Notes: a model not told the origin generated them from the letters alone. Shown: positions 49,834 through 60,907, numbered from the stretch's first letter. The stretch: DNA of 64,000 bases from Patescibacteria group bacterium (GCA_041649135.1 JBAZNQ010000001.1:361983-425982), one strand, 5' to 3'. A program made the numbers and translations.

Positions 49834-50139
49834 CTAGCTGATCCGTTCTGTCCCGTCACCTGAAAAATCTTCGGAAACGTCCATCCCGTACAGTTCGCGC
49901 AGCTCACCATACACCCTATTCAGATCATTGCTATCACCCATCCTCCTAATCGCCGCCTTTCGGCCAATATGGTTTACAGAGATCGGTCTGTCAAATCCGC
50001 CAGAGCAATCTTGCATCCCGGGTTCCGCAAACTGAAAAGTACCCGACTCGAAACGTTCCCGATCAACCACCTCTTGCCGGTCTTCCTCGATGACTGCATC
50101 CTTAGGACGCTGCCTCTCGTAGTCCTCAAATAATCCCAT
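49834..50139 (-). CDS. Hypothetical protein
   Basis: ORF only; the 38-bp palindrome lies ~110 nt upstream. Confidence 0.35.
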   Translation of the reverse strand: MGLFEDYERQRPKDAVIEEDRQEVVDRERFESGTFQFAEPGMQDCSGGFDRPISVNHIGRKAAIRRMGDSNDLNRVYGELRELYGMDVSEDFSGDGTERIS

Positions 50140-50247
50140 TATGCCTAAGTTTAATACCTATAACATCGTTGCGAGCGTATCAAAAAATGCGCCCCCAGTC
50201 AAGCTTTTTGACGCCCCTAGATTATAGCCCGCCGCAAACAATAGCCT

Positions 50248-50288
50248 GTATTACGTATATGTACGATCGTACATATTCGTAATACAAA
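50248..50288. promoter_or_regulatory. Second copy of the long palindrome (ttacgtatatgtacgatcgtacatattcgtaa)
   Basis: Shares the TGTACGATCGTACA core and GTATTAC...GTAATAC arms with 7793-7832. Confidence 0.6.
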
Positions 50289-50349
50289 CATATTAAACAA
50301 AACAAATAAAAAAGGGCGTACGTTTTCACACACGCCCGAACCCCGATGT

Positions 50350-50880
50350 TCACGCACCCAGAGCAAGTTCCAACGAACTTGCCTCGGCATGCCCGCGCAA
50401 TTCCGTATCTTTTTGGGAGCATAACTCTCCCAACTTTCCGCAAAATTCGCACAGGCACTCCAGATTCCCAGACGCCCAATTGCCACCGATGACAGCCGCA
50501 AAAGTGGCAATCAGTTTCCCGTAGTGGGCATCACTCGGTATACGAGCTACCGCTTCCGCCACTTCTGCTGCCGTTGGATGTGAAGCAAGCAATCGTTTTC
50601 CTTCATCTTCCGTTAGTAGACCCATCGCTCGATTCACTACTGGGAATATGGCCAGCATCTCGCCCAGCTCACCAAGCGGGCCCGACCATTCGCCCCCCGA
50701 AAAAATTCGCATCGCCCCACGAGCCCGTCTCGCCTGCTTCTCCACCTCCCGCAAACGGGAGATGTCTGTCTGGCACAATATTCCTCCTTTTGCCAGATCC
50801 TCCAGCACAGGCACAAGCTGCTTACAGCATATGGCCAAACACAGCCAGTCACTAGCGATCATCTGCTTCTCCTTCGACAA
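50350..50880 (-). CDS. Hypothetical Cys-rich protein
   Basis: ORF only. Confidence 0.35.
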   Translation of the reverse strand: MSKEKQMIASDWLCLAICCKQLVPVLEDLAKGGILCQTDISRLREVEKQARRARGAMRIFSGGEWSGPLGELGEMLAIFPVVNRAMGLLTEDEGKRLLASHPTAAEVAEAVARIPSDAHYGKLIATFAAVIGGNWASGNLECLCEFCGKLGELCSQKDTELRGHAEASSLELALGA

Positions 50881-50932
50881 GGTTCAAATGAGCTCATTCT
50901 AAGCCCAACTGGCTCTAAGTCAAATTCTCACA

Positions 50933-51703
50933 CTAGCTTAATTGCCCCAGCACAGAAAGCGACTTTATCCGCCGATCGGTCGTATATTCTACAAACTCCG
51001 ACATCAGTCGAGACACTTCCTCGGCTATTTCACTGCCTACCTTCACTTTCCCAATCGCATCTAACGGATACCTTTGCAGCAATCGCAATAATTTAATCCC
51101 ATCACAGGATATTTCCGGTGCAAAATCGTCTTGATTTTTCCCGTCGCAGAATACGCCACCCAACCGATAACTAAAATGTAGCTGGTTGTCTTCGCTTAGC
51201 TCCCGCCCCGACACCACACACCGATACAGCTCCGGCGCAAATCCCAATCCTGTTAAAAGCTTTATTTCAAAATAAGTCTTTAAAATATTTAATGGCAAAA
51301 TATTATCCTCAATCGCCGACAAGCCTTCTCGCAACAAACTAAATACTTCCGGCACATCCCCCGAGGGGGTTCCGTCGGAAATGGTTTCTTCGATCAACTT
51401 ATCCACTAGCTCACAAAAGTAAAACATCAGTCCCGTTTCTTGTAATGTCGGTTCACTCGCGACTCGCGACTCGCGACTTGCGACTGCCCCGACCACAATG
51501 TCCAAATTCCTTCCCTCTGCTAGTTCTAATTGATTGTCCGCAAACATATCTAACCAACCAGCCAGCTTTGCTCTAGGTCTCCGCACCCCCTTTGCCACCA
51601 CTCGCATTTTCCCCCTATCGGAAGTTAGGATCGTTAAAATCCGGTCGGCCTCACCGAAATTCACTTTCCTGATTACGATCCCCCGAGTTCTTGTTGTGGG
51701 CAT
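50933..51703 (-). CDS. recO: DNA repair protein RecO
   Basis: N-terminal OB-fold (GIVIRKVNFGEADRILTILT). Contains a (CGACTCG)x4 heptamer repeat at 51455-51490. Confidence 0.65.
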   Translation of the reverse strand: MPTTRTRGIVIRKVNFGEADRILTILTSDRGKMRVVAKGVRRPRAKLAGWLDMFADNQLELAEGRNLDIVVGAVASRESRVASEPTLQETGLMFYFCELVDKLIEETISDGTPSGDVPEVFSLLREGLSAIEDNILPLNILKTYFEIKLLTGLGFAPELYRCVVSGRELSEDNQLHFSYRLGGVFCDGKNQDDFAPEISCDGIKLLRLLQRYPLDAIGKVKVGSEIAEEVSRLMSEFVEYTTDRRIKSLSVLGQLS

Positions 51704-51731
51704 AATCCAATCGTAACAAAAAAGGCGGGTT

Positions 51732-52289
51732 CTAACCCGCCTCTACTCCACGGCCCAACAGGTGCTTCAAAATGTTGTACGAAGTCATGGCTCCGTTAAT
51801 CGCCCGATGCGGATAAGGTTCCGGCCGGATCCCGAGCAGAATGGCAATATCACTCAGACCAAGCTTCTCGGGGCATCGGTCGCGCAACCCAGACCAAGCA
51901 AGAGTCCACTCATCAATCCGATGATAGTCCATCGGGTCCTCAATGCCGGTTTTGCGAAATGCCTCAGCAATAAAAGCATAGTCAAATGTTGGATTGTGAG
52001 CAGCAAATATGGCGCCCCTCACCAGTTCAGCATACTGCTCCATTGCCTCTCGCAGTGAAACCGCATCCCGCCAGTCGTGCGCATTGTAGCCGTTTATTCT
52101 CTCTGCTTCTTCAGTGATGCGCTCTGGATATTCTGGCCGAACTTTGATGGACAAGGTACTCACGATCTCTAAACCGGGTTGAGCGATCACGACCAGACCA
52201 ATCTCGATGATCTCATGGGAAGCAACATCTATCCCAGTCGTCTCGACATCAGTAATAGCAATGTTCCTCTCGCAGATCCCCATTGCCAA
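51732..52289 (-). CDS. DEDDh 3'-5' exonuclease (DnaQ/epsilon-like)
   Basis: ITDVETTG (Exo I motif); FAAHNPTFD (Exo II motif). Confidence 0.7.
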   Translation of the reverse strand: MAMGICERNIAITDVETTGIDVASHEIIEIGLVVIAQPGLEIVSTLSIKVRPEYPERITEEAERINGYNAHDWRDAVSLREAMEQYAELVRGAIFAAHNPTFDYAFIAEAFRKTGIEDPMDYHRIDEWTLAWSGLRDRCPEKLGLSDIAILLGIRPEPYPHRAINGAMTSYNILKHLLGRGVEAG

Positions 52290-52373
52290 TACCTCCTTCA
52301 GTAAAATCTACTAGACACCCCATGCTACCACAACCCAACTTCCCCCATCAATCAGACTCTGCTACTATGAGCT

Positions 52374-52970
52374 GTGGAAATCGAGTCAAAAATCTATACC
52401 CGAACAGGCGATTCTGGCACTACTGGCCTGTATAAAGGCCCGTCTACCCGCAATGCTACTCAAAGTGTTGTAGGCGGCGGGCAGGTTAGCAAATCCTCTC
52501 TCCGCGTTGCCACCTATGGCATGGTGGACGAGCTGAATGCCACTGTATCCGCGGCGAAAGCTTTTAGTAATCATGAAGATATCAAAAAACTGCTCGGACG
52601 AATTCAGCACAAATTAATGAACATCGCCTCGATTTTGGCGTCCGAACAAAGCAACCCCCCCAAAGAAACTTTACCGATACTTTCCGAATTAGATGTTATC
52701 GGGCTCGAACGTTGTATCGATTACTTTACTCATGAACTTCCGCCGATCAGTAATTTTATTATCGCAGGGCTTAACCAAGCCGGCGCAATGTTGGATGTCG
52801 CCAGAACTGTTTGCCGCCGTACTGAACGACAAATCGTTTTATTATCCGACACCGAATCAGTTCCTCCTGTTATCCAAAAGTTTCTCAATCGTCTGTCCGA
52901 CCTATTATTTGTCCTTGAACGCTACGAACACCACCAAAGCGGATTTGGTGATGTGATGTGGGAGAAGTAA
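52374..52970 (+). CDS. ATP:cob(I)alamin adenosyltransferase, PduO-type
   Basis: KIYTRTGDSGTT hallmark. Confidence 0.7.
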   Translation: MEIESKIYTRTGDSGTTGLYKGPSTRNATQSVVGGGQVSKSSLRVATYGMVDELNATVSAAKAFSNHEDIKKLLGRIQHKLMNIASILASEQSNPPKETLPILSELDVIGLERCIDYFTHELPPISNFIIAGLNQAGAMLDVARTVCRRTERQIVLLSDTESVPPVIQKFLNRLSDLLFVLERYEHHQSGFGDVMWEK

Positions 52971-53046
52971 TCTCTACCTCCAACCAAAAGCACAAACCAT
53001 CTTGGTGATTGATGATTGGTGATTGGATATTACGGCAAAGCCGTTC

Positions 53047-53123
53047 TGGTGGGCGTGCCTGGATTCGAACCAGGGACCTCTGTCTTATCAGGACAGCGCT
53101 CTAACCAACTGAGCTACACGCCC
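53047..53123 (-). tRNA. tRNA-Ile (anticodon GAT)
   Basis: Anticodon loop CTGATAA; T-loop GGTTCGAATCC; CCA end. Confidence 0.75.
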
Positions 53124-53208
53124 GTTCGTCCAAGCGACAATAGGACACGACTAGATTAGCAAAAAATCCGCTTCCAATCAATCCGATTTTTCGAGGTATA
53201 ATTCAGAT

Positions 53209-53430
53209 ATGAGATGGTGGCTATTCTTTATTTTTGTCGGCATTGGTCTACCGTGGACGATCTATTATAAAAAACTTGCCGAATTAGTTGGCTACAAAAT
53301 TGCTTGGGCAGAAAAATACCTCGGCGGCGGTGGCACCTATACTGCTTACTTTATCTTTGGTATAGTCTTTATCATCCTAGGTTTTCTCATTGGTTTTGGG
53401 ATAATCGACCTAGGTTGGTTCGGAATGTAA
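53209..53430 (+). CDS. Small two-TM membrane protein
   Basis: ORF with hydrophobic helices. Confidence 0.35.
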   Translation: MRWWLFFIFVGIGLPWTIYYKKLAELVGYKIAWAEKYLGGGGTYTAYFIFGIVFIILGFLIGFGIIDLGWFGM

Positions 53431-53437
53431 TTGACAA

Positions 53438-53513
53438 GGGCCCGTAGTTCATCTGGTAGAACGCCACATTTGCAATGTGGAGGTAAGCGGTTCGAGTCCG
53501 CTCGGGTCCACCA
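53438..53513 (+). tRNA. tRNA-Ala (anticodon TGC)
   Basis: G3:U70 identity pair; anticodon loop TTTGCAA; T-loop GGTTCGAGTCC; CCA end. Confidence 0.75.
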
Positions 53514-53573
53514 AAAACAAATAAAAAAATAAGCCTTTTGTTAACGCAGTGGCTTTTAACTGCGGAGACCTCG

Positions 53574-53843
53574 TCAACTCGTAGCCTCATTCAAGACTTG
53601 GTGCGAACACCGCTCTTGTCTTATTCGTTCATGTTCAGAACGCCAATAGTGGCTGTAAGGCAACAGAGCCATGGCAACAAACAACGCACCGCTCAACCAA
53701 CCTGTTGTCGCATCGCCAGTATGAATGAATGTGATAAGCCCAACGACACAACCCCACCATGCTAGTGCCACCAAGTGTTGCACGATTGCCAACCACAAGG
53801 GGACGAGTACGAGAGACATGCGCATGCTACACCTCCGAATCAA
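53574..53843 (-). CDS. Small membrane protein
   Basis: ORF with hydrophobic helices. Confidence 0.35.
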   Translation of the reverse strand: MIRRCSMRMSLVLVPLWLAIVQHLVALAWWGCVVGLITFIHTGDATTGWLSGALFVAMALLPYSHYWRSEHERIRQERCSHQVLNEATS

Positions 53844-53944
53844 GGTACCCCTACCCTACTATAAAATCCGCTCCCAAGCAATACTTCTCCTCTTTGAGCC
53901 AATTGTGCCTTGTTTTAATCCGGCCCTTCAACGGAGGGGCGTTC

Positions 53945-54165
53945 TGAATTGAGCTAAATTGGCGCAGGCGTAGGCATGTCTGACGAGGTGGCAACCGAGA
54001 AGTTTGCCGATAGCGAAGAAAGCCAATTTAGCCAATGAATAGACCCGTAGTTGCGGGCCACGGCTTTGGTTACTTTCGCCAAGACGAAAGTAACGCCGGA
54101 TCGAACGCCGGCGCAGCGTTCGAAACTACAAACACCGCCTTTCAGCGGTGCTCATATTTTCTAAC
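53945..54165. repeat. Repeat family B copy 2 (directly downstream of the 16S 3' end)
   Basis: See 12655-12870. Confidence 0.8.
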
Positions 54166-54414
54166 CAGAAAGTACCCAGAGAGCTTTCACGTTTAAACCA
54201 CAAGTTGTCGTCTAAACGTGCGACCGTGTTCTATAGAAGATAGAACTGCAACCAAGCTTTCACTTGGTCAGTAATCTCCCTAGAAAGGAGGTATTCCATC
54301 CCCACCTTCCGGTAGGGATACCTTGTTACGACTTCACCCCGATCATGAGCTCCACCTTAGGCCTCTTGCGAAGATTTCGGATGTTTCTCACTTTCTTGGT
54401 GTGACGGGCGGTGA

Positions 54415-55199
54415 TTGCGATTAGGTAGTTTCTATCGCTCCCCACTGGACGTGCGTGTCTAGCGCATCCAGCGAGTCTCTATGTCGTATTAATCCGATTC
54501 TAGCTATCCCTGTAGCGGTTAGATGTTCTTTCCGCTCTATCATTTCTGCAACTTCACAAAACTTTTCGAATTGTAATTTTTTCTTGGCTTGAAGCGGGTA
54601 ACTTCGGAAGAAAGGAATAATCTTATTCCTGATATCCGAGAAGTTGCTCACTTTGTACTTCACGTGTGGTTGCCATTTATCGAACTTTTCGTATTCCAAG
54701 CGATAAATGTTGCCACAACCAAGTGTTGCTTTAATTTTCTCCAAGATAGCTTCATCATCTTCCCGAAGTTCAATCTCGAAAATCAATCGAACTTCCGGTA
54801 AACGACTGCCGTTTTTATTGACTGTGATGCAAAAACATCCTTCTCCGTCAACAAATCCGACAATATAGTTTGGATCTAACATAGAGTTCACCCCTTCATC
54901 TGCTCTTATTATAGAACAAACTACTACGGGCTCAGCTGACTTCCTTTTGACCATAACAACTACACTCGTCAAAAGGATCTCCCTGGGTCACACATTGGGC
55001 TATTTCTGACATTCCTACGCGAGCTCTTCTATGGTTTCTTCTCTTGCGTACACGGCAAGATCGAAACGCTCTTAAATGCGTAAGACTACCATTTGCATAT
55101 TGGCTCCTTCAGGCTTTTCCTTACGGAAGAAGCCCTAGCCTTAGCTATAAAGTCGGATTCTCACCGACTAGTCCAATGCGCTGCCAGGCGCATTTATTT
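54415..55199 (-). other. Intervening sequence (intron-like, probably group I) in 16S at ...CUUGUACA|CACCGCCCGUC
   Basis: The flanking exon sequence reconstitutes the universal CTTGTACACACCGCCCGTCACACC when 54415-55199 is removed. The insert carries a LAGLIDADG ORF. Confidence 0.75.
54421..54972 (-). CDS. LAGLIDADG homing endonuclease (single-motif)
   Basis: NYIVGFVDGEGCF motif. The real start is probably the Met at ~54882. Confidence 0.75.
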   Translation of the reverse strand: MTSVVVMVKRKSAEPVVVCSIIRADEGVNSMLDPNYIVGFVDGEGCFCITVNKNGSRLPEVRLIFEIELREDDEAILEKIKATLGCGNIYRLEYEKFDKWQPHVKYKVSNFSDIRNKIIPFFRSYPLQAKKKLQFEKFCEVAEMIERKEHLTATGIARIGLIRHRDSLDALDTHVQWGAIETT

Positions 55200-55624
55200 T
55201 GTACAAGACCCGAGAACGTATTCACCGCAACATGGCTGATTTGCGGTTACTAGCGATTCCGGCTTCATGGGGTCGAGTTGCAGACCCCAATCCGAACTGG
55301 GGGTAGTTTTGCTGGGTTTGGCTCCACCTTACGGCTTAGCGTCCCATTGTGACCTACCCATTGTAGCACGTGTGTCGCCCAAGATATAAAGGCCACGCTG
55401 ATTTGACGTCATCCCCACCTTCCTCCGTGTTAACCACGGCAGTCTCGCCAGACACTTGTAACTGGCAATAGGGGTTGCGCTCGTTATCCGACTTAACGGT
55501 ACATTTCACAACACGAGCTGACGACAACCGTGCAGCACCTGTCTCTGCTGTCTTGCGAGGGGCTCTATTTCTAGTGCCTTTCAGCAGGATGTCAAATCTT
55601 GGTGAGGTGCCCGGCTTACCATCC

Positions 55625-55679
<55 letters not shown>

Positions 55680-55780
55680 TAGTCTTGCGACCGTACTCCC
55701 CAGGCGGGATACTTAACGCGTTAGCTTCGTCACTGGGGGGGTCGAAGCCACCAATGACTAGTATCCATCGTTTAGGGCGT

Positions 55781-55814
<34 letters not shown>

Positions 55815-56202
55815 ACGCTTTCGTCCATGAGTGTCAGGGCCGGCCCAGTTGTCTGCCTTCGCCTTTGGTGTTCCTTATCGTATCAACGGATATTACCCCT
55901 ACTCGATAAGTTCCGACAACCTCTACCGGCCTCAAGACCAACAGTTTCCAACACCTTCCCTCGGTTGAGCCGAGATATTTAACGTTGGACTTGTTGATCC
56001 ACCTGCGGACCCTTTACGCCCAGTGAATCCGAATAACGCTTGGCGCCTACGTATTACCGCTGCTGCTGGCACGTAGTTAGCAGCGCCTTATTCGCTTAGT
56101 ACCGTCATAATCTTCCTAAGCAAAAGAAGTTTACAAACCGAAGTCCGTCTTCCTTCACGCGGCATTGCTCCATCAGGCTTTCGCCCATTGTGGAAAATCC
56201 CT

Positions 56203-56247
<45 letters not shown>

Positions 56248-56772
56248 CTGGGGGGTCACCCTCTCAAGCCCCCTACCGATCAGTGCCTTGGTAGGCCTTT
56301 ACCCCACCAACAAGCTAATCGGACGCAGGTCTCTCTTCGAGCGATAAATCTTTCCTCTTACGAGAATATCCAGAATTATCCTGCCTTTCGGCAGGTTATG
56401 CTGAACTCGAAGGTAAGTCCCCACGTGTTACTCAGCCGTTCGCCATGGTACCCTTGCGGGCCATTCAACTTGCATGTGTTAGGCATGCCGCCAGCGTTAA
56501 TCCTGAGCTAGGATCAAACTCTCAAAAAAGTATATTTTTATTCCACTTCTGGAATTTAAAGTTTTGAATTCACGAAGCTCTCTAAGTACTCTCTAGTTGG
56601 AAAAGTACGACTAGTTGAGAGTCGCGCTATCCACCAGAGGCCAAATAAAACCAAGATTCCGGTTACCGGAATCCGCAAGGTTTACAGTTCGACCTGACTG
56701 GAAAAGATTAATACAACTCTAGTGGGTATTTTAATCCCCACCACCACCCCTGTCAACACTCTAATTTCAAAG

Positions 56773-56800
56773 GCGGCGTTCAGCTGAACGCCGCCTTATA
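56773..56800. terminator. Hairpin aaggcggcgttcagctgaacgccgcctt
   Basis: Perfect inverted repeat. Confidence 0.6.
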
Positions 56801-56813
56801 ACCTGTTCAAGGT

Positions 56814-58040
56814 TCATACACCAACCTGATCTCCTCCCTCCAGAGCCGAGTTCGTCCACGGCCCACCGTGACCAATCGACTGTCTGGCTCCACAAGCACA
56901 GCAATTCCAAGTCACCCGATGACTGCTAACTCTCAACAGCTCATTGCAGTATTCGCACCGCTTATTCGGGTGAACACCGAAGTTTTCCACTACGGTCCCG
57001 CACCCCTTGCGTATACATTGGTGACCTTCTGCCGTCTTCCGTGTTTTCCATCCACAAGCTGGACAATAATAGACCACCGCTTCTTCGGCATTAACTGACA
57101 CCAAGCCGCCATCACTAACGTAAGCGGCAGTCTGCAGATTTCCGAACGCACTCCCCGTCCTCTTCTGCCACCATGTCAGAAAGACCAGTGCCATCAGTGC
57201 CGTCAAGCCAACCATCACCAAAATCATCCAGAAGGCTGGCCCCCAACGCAATGCGATCGTCTGTGTTGCCATTATTGCAGTTCCGAGATCATTGAGCGAA
57301 CGATCAAAATCTGCCATAGCCGCAGACCACGCATCGGTCGCAACTGGTTGTGGTGTATCTTGCGACATCCGCCCGAACATCACCGCACTAGGCGTCAATC
57401 CCGCCATCAGCCACAACTGGACTACAAGGTACACCCCGACTGGGATTGCCATACCAGCAATATTGCGTCGATCGTGCAACCACCAGCCGACTAAACCGAA
57501 TCCAGCCGCCATGGCCAAATAGACCAACACCCACCATCCGCTGATGTTCAAAGAGTCTGTCCCAGCATCGCTGGTAAAAACGAGTCCGTTGGCAACCGTT
57601 GGTGCAACATACACCATCACGTTCATCAGACCCGTGACGGTAAATGAATTGATGTTGGAGCCCAACACCATCCCGATGCAAGTTGCAACACTAGCGAACA
57701 CGAGTGGCACTAGCGCCAACACCCACAACATCCCACTTCGAAATGGTCGACTAAAAATCGCCGACCACCACGATTCGTTCCCTTCCATCACACTACCTCC
57801 ATACGACGTTTCAGAATCAGAATACTCCTCCGCCCGTGTCTGACTATCATCAATCACAGGCCGCTGAACAACTGGCGGTAGTGATGCTATCACAACATCA
57901 CTACCCGCCGCAGTAATCATCGAAGTTTCTTTTTGGTCACGATGCTGACCGCAATCGCTCGTAGCGGTTTTTGTGGGTGTCTTGGTGGATGGAGATGTGG
58001 GTGGAAGTGTGAATGTCCAGCTATAGGCATTCTCATCCAA
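56814..58040 (-). CDS. Membrane protein with C-terminal Cys-rich zinc-ribbon domain
   Basis: Multiple TM helices; CPACG...C..C...CEYC...CCACG. Confidence 0.5.
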   Translation of the reverse strand: MDENAYSWTFTLPPTSPSTKTPTKTATSDCGQHRDQKETSMITAAGSDVVIASLPPVVQRPVIDDSQTRAEEYSDSETSYGGSVMEGNESWWSAIFSRPFRSGMLWVLALVPLVFASVATCIGMVLGSNINSFTVTGLMNVMVYVAPTVANGLVFTSDAGTDSLNISGWWVLVYLAMAAGFGLVGWWLHDRRNIAGMAIPVGVYLVVQLWLMAGLTPSAVMFGRMSQDTPQPVATDAWSAAMADFDRSLNDLGTAIMATQTIALRWGPAFWMILVMVGLTALMALVFLTWWQKRTGSAFGNLQTAAYVSDGGLVSVNAEEAVVYYCPACGWKTRKTAEGHQCIRKGCGTVVENFGVHPNKRCEYCNELLRVSSHRVTWNCCACGARQSIGHGGPWTNSALEGGDQVGV

Positions 58041-58076
58041 CGGTTCAGCTCCACCATCTGATTTATACCACGATGG

Positions 58077-58514
58077 TCAAAACCAGATAATCAACCACAT
58101 ACCGCCAACCGAGGCTACCACAGGGAACAGGACACTCACTAAGATGAACAGCCCCGATTCTTCCCAGACAAGACGAAACGTCCATGGTTGCCCACCCCAG
58201 TTCTGCCCTAACACCCACAGCCACGCAACGGCCAGCCAGGCCAACATCGGCACTGTCAATGCCACACTCTTGCGACGATCGCCCGTTAATAGTTCAACTA
58301 ACATACAACCGCCCGCCATAAATACCACACCGACAACGCTCGAAACATCATACAAACTCTGCACATCACCGATCGTCGCTCTGAATGCGTCAATACAAGC
58401 CGACGCGATAGCACCTAGCAAAAACGGTACCATCGCCCATAACCACAGCTTCTTATCGCAAAATGGCCGGACGAAGATTGTTGACCACCACGATTCGTAT
58501 TGTTCCTCCATCAC
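58077..58514 (-). CDS. Membrane protein, N-terminal paralog of 56814-58040
   Basis: Shared ESWWS(A/T)IF(S/V)RPF motif. Confidence 0.45.
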   Translation of the reverse strand: MMEEQYESWWSTIFVRPFCDKKLWLWAMVPFLLGAIASACIDAFRATIGDVQSLYDVSSVVGVVFMAGGCMLVELLTGDRRKSVALTVPMLAWLAVAWLWVLGQNWGGQPWTFRLVWEESGLFILVSVLFPVVASVGGMWLIIWF

Positions 58515-58627
58515 GTCACCCCTACGGTTTTTTCACACTACGAAGCCGCACCATACTGGTGTATTTTCAAAGTACACGAATAAACCAGCCATTATATGCC
58601 AGTTTATTTTCAAATTACAAGAATTTT

Positions 58628-60349
58628 TTAGACAGTAACTTTCGATACCACCGTCTTATCTACCGCCGATGGATCAAATACTGTCTTTCGTTCTTTATCC
58701 GTCACATGGAAACCAAGATATTTCCCCAACATTAATCTTGTTTCCGCATCAATTGCCGGAATCGAACCAAAGATAATACCGGAAATCGGCACCAACACCC
58801 ATTGCAAAATCATTTCCAGCGCCCGCATCTTGCCATACTTCTTTGGTCGAGCCGGAATTAGTTTTAAGGAAATCATCGTCGAAATCACCACCCCGATCCA
58901 AGTAATACTTAATAGATCTCGCGCCAATACTGGCAGATGATACGCCAAAATACTGCTCCTAAAATCAATATTCATTAAAATCGGCAACCATCCACCCAGC
59001 GCAATCAAAAGTGATGAACTCGCCCACGACACATGCCCCTCCAACATCCTGAACGGATGGATGATCCGCTGATACCAGGTCATTTGATTCCGAGTGGTAA
59101 AAAACTTCTCCACCGCATACGGAAAATGTTCAATCCCCCATGCCCATCGCCGCTTCTGAATATATTGTGCCTTCAATGTCTCCCAGTAAGTTTTGCCTAA
59201 CACCGCATCCATCGACACCGGTGTAAAAATCGGAATCACTTTATGATTCCCATTGTAATGATAATACGCCCGATAAAACTGTTTGGAATCTTCCGACACC
59301 ACACTTCTGTCCCAAAAATCAATATCCACCAACGTTTTCAAACTCATCGCTTGCGATGAGAAATTCACCAGCCGATACGGCCGAGTTGATTCGATCATCT
59401 GCCAGTAAGACGAACCAAACGCCACCAATCGGTTGATTGCTGGTACATCCCAAATATTGTTATTAAACAACGGGATCGGCTGATAACTTCTAAATGTCCG
59501 CTCCGGCGTCAAAATGTAATTGTAAGTCACGTTGGCAAAATATTGCCGAGAGGCCAACGTATCGGCATCAAAACACGACACCACTACGTTGTCGTAAGCG
59601 ATACCATGTTCATCTGTATATTTCTGTAACACTTTTCCCGCCTGATAAACATTCGCACCTTTAGCTTTCATTTCACCCACTATCCCGTCCGGATGAACCG
59701 ATACGAGAATATCCATAAACGCGCCGGCAAACTTTTCCTGAATTCTTCGTGCCACTTCCTGCGCCGGCTCACCCGCTCTTCCCTCTAGCGCCAACACGAT
59801 CAGAATCTTATTTTTGGGATAATTACTTTCAAAACACGACCGAACCGACGCCTCCACTACTTCGTAACTCTCCTTATAAACCGCAAAAATTACCGCATGC
59901 ACCACCTCTTTCCAATGCTTCTGTGCCGCCGGTAATACCCGAATTTTTTCTACCTGTTCCCACTCGTCCCGCAGTTTGCGAGCTTCAAACCATTTTGCCA
60001 AATAAAACTGCCGAAACAGCCGATTAGCAAAGGCTTCCAGATTTTCGGTTTCGTGCAATCTCGCCAACCAGTCAATCTTCATCGCCCTTTGCATATGCAT
60101 ATAGCCGAATACCAAATGTCCACCCATCACCAATGCTTTCACCAACCAATAAACATCAAACAGAATAATAAAATAGGCTACCCCAACCGGCCAGACAAAA
60201 GACATCACAAATGGCATTAATAAAATGGACCACGTCGTGGCCCCCGGCAAAATCTCCCAAAATCTTCTAGCAGCTCTAGTCATTGACAAAAAGTTAACAG
60301 TTAACAGTGAATAGTAATGGTGTCGCAAACGACGATTAAGATATATCAA
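58628..60349 (-). CDS. Processive family-2 glycosyltransferase (cellulose/chitin/hyaluronan-synthase-like)
   Basis: DxD (CFDADT); Q-R-R-R-W (QKRRWAWG) motif; multiple TM helices. Confidence 0.7.
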   Translation of the reverse strand: MIYLNRRLRHHYYSLLTVNFLSMTRAARRFWEILPGATTWSILLMPFVMSFVWPVGVAYFIILFDVYWLVKALVMGGHLVFGYMHMQRAMKIDWLARLHETENLEAFANRLFRQFYLAKWFEARKLRDEWEQVEKIRVLPAAQKHWKEVVHAVIFAVYKESYEVVEASVRSCFESNYPKNKILIVLALEGRAGEPAQEVARRIQEKFAGAFMDILVSVHPDGIVGEMKAKGANVYQAGKVLQKYTDEHGIAYDNVVVSCFDADTLASRQYFANVTYNYILTPERTFRSYQPIPLFNNNIWDVPAINRLVAFGSSYWQMIESTRPYRLVNFSSQAMSLKTLVDIDFWDRSVVSEDSKQFYRAYYHYNGNHKVIPIFTPVSMDAVLGKTYWETLKAQYIQKRRWAWGIEHFPYAVEKFFTTRNQMTWYQRIIHPFRMLEGHVSWASSSLLIALGGWLPILMNIDFRSSILAYHLPVLARDLLSITWIGVVISTMISLKLIPARPKKYGKMRALEMILQWVLVPISGIIFGSIPAIDAETRLMLGKYLGFHVTDKERKTVFDPSAVDKTVVSKVTV

Positions 60350-60398
60350 ACAATCTTCCTCAATTGTTCACTATTAACTCTTAACTATTCACCGCCCC

Positions 60399-60791
60399 CT
60401 AAAGTCCCGTCACAAACGATACCAAATATAATGTCACCGCCAGCAATAATATCTGAATAAAGATATTTGAACCGATCAACATCCAGCTGGCAAAAATATC
60501 TTTCTTATACATCCGAAACGCTAATATTGTATTCAATACTAACCAACCCGTGTTGCTCAACGGCCAAATATAATCGCTAACGAAACTAAACGGCCCTAAA
60601 TTAAACGGAATCGGGATGGTTAATGCGATCGGATACGGCGCGATCATAAAATGCCACATTACCCAAAAAACCACATGCAAAATCACCGCGATCCAAACAA
60701 ACACAAATAAGCTTTCTTCCCGCCGCTTAAACCGGCTCCATTGTAACCATGGCACCGTATCACCACCCAAATTTAGAAACTGAATCTTCAT
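60399..60791 (-). CDS. Hypothetical membrane protein
   Basis: ORF with hydrophobic helices. Confidence 0.4.
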   Translation of the reverse strand: MKIQFLNLGGDTVPWLQWSRFKRREESLFVFVWIAVILHVVFWVMWHFMIAPYPIALTIPIPFNLGPFSFVSDYIWPLSNTGWLVLNTILAFRMYKKDIFASWMLIGSNIFIQILLLAVTLYLVSFVTGL

Positions 60792-60907
60792 AGGTTAGAC
60801 AAATAGACTAATGGACACATAGACTTATCGACACGCAGATACATAAACATATAGACTCACTAACCTACCTATCTATTAGTCTACTAGTCTATCCGTCTAT
60901 TAGTCTG

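Noticed and set aside
53945-54165. Repeat B as a candidate 5S rRNA (it is downstream of 16S)
   Set aside because: It lacks 5S loop C/loop E consensus. A second copy behind rplA argues against an rRNA.
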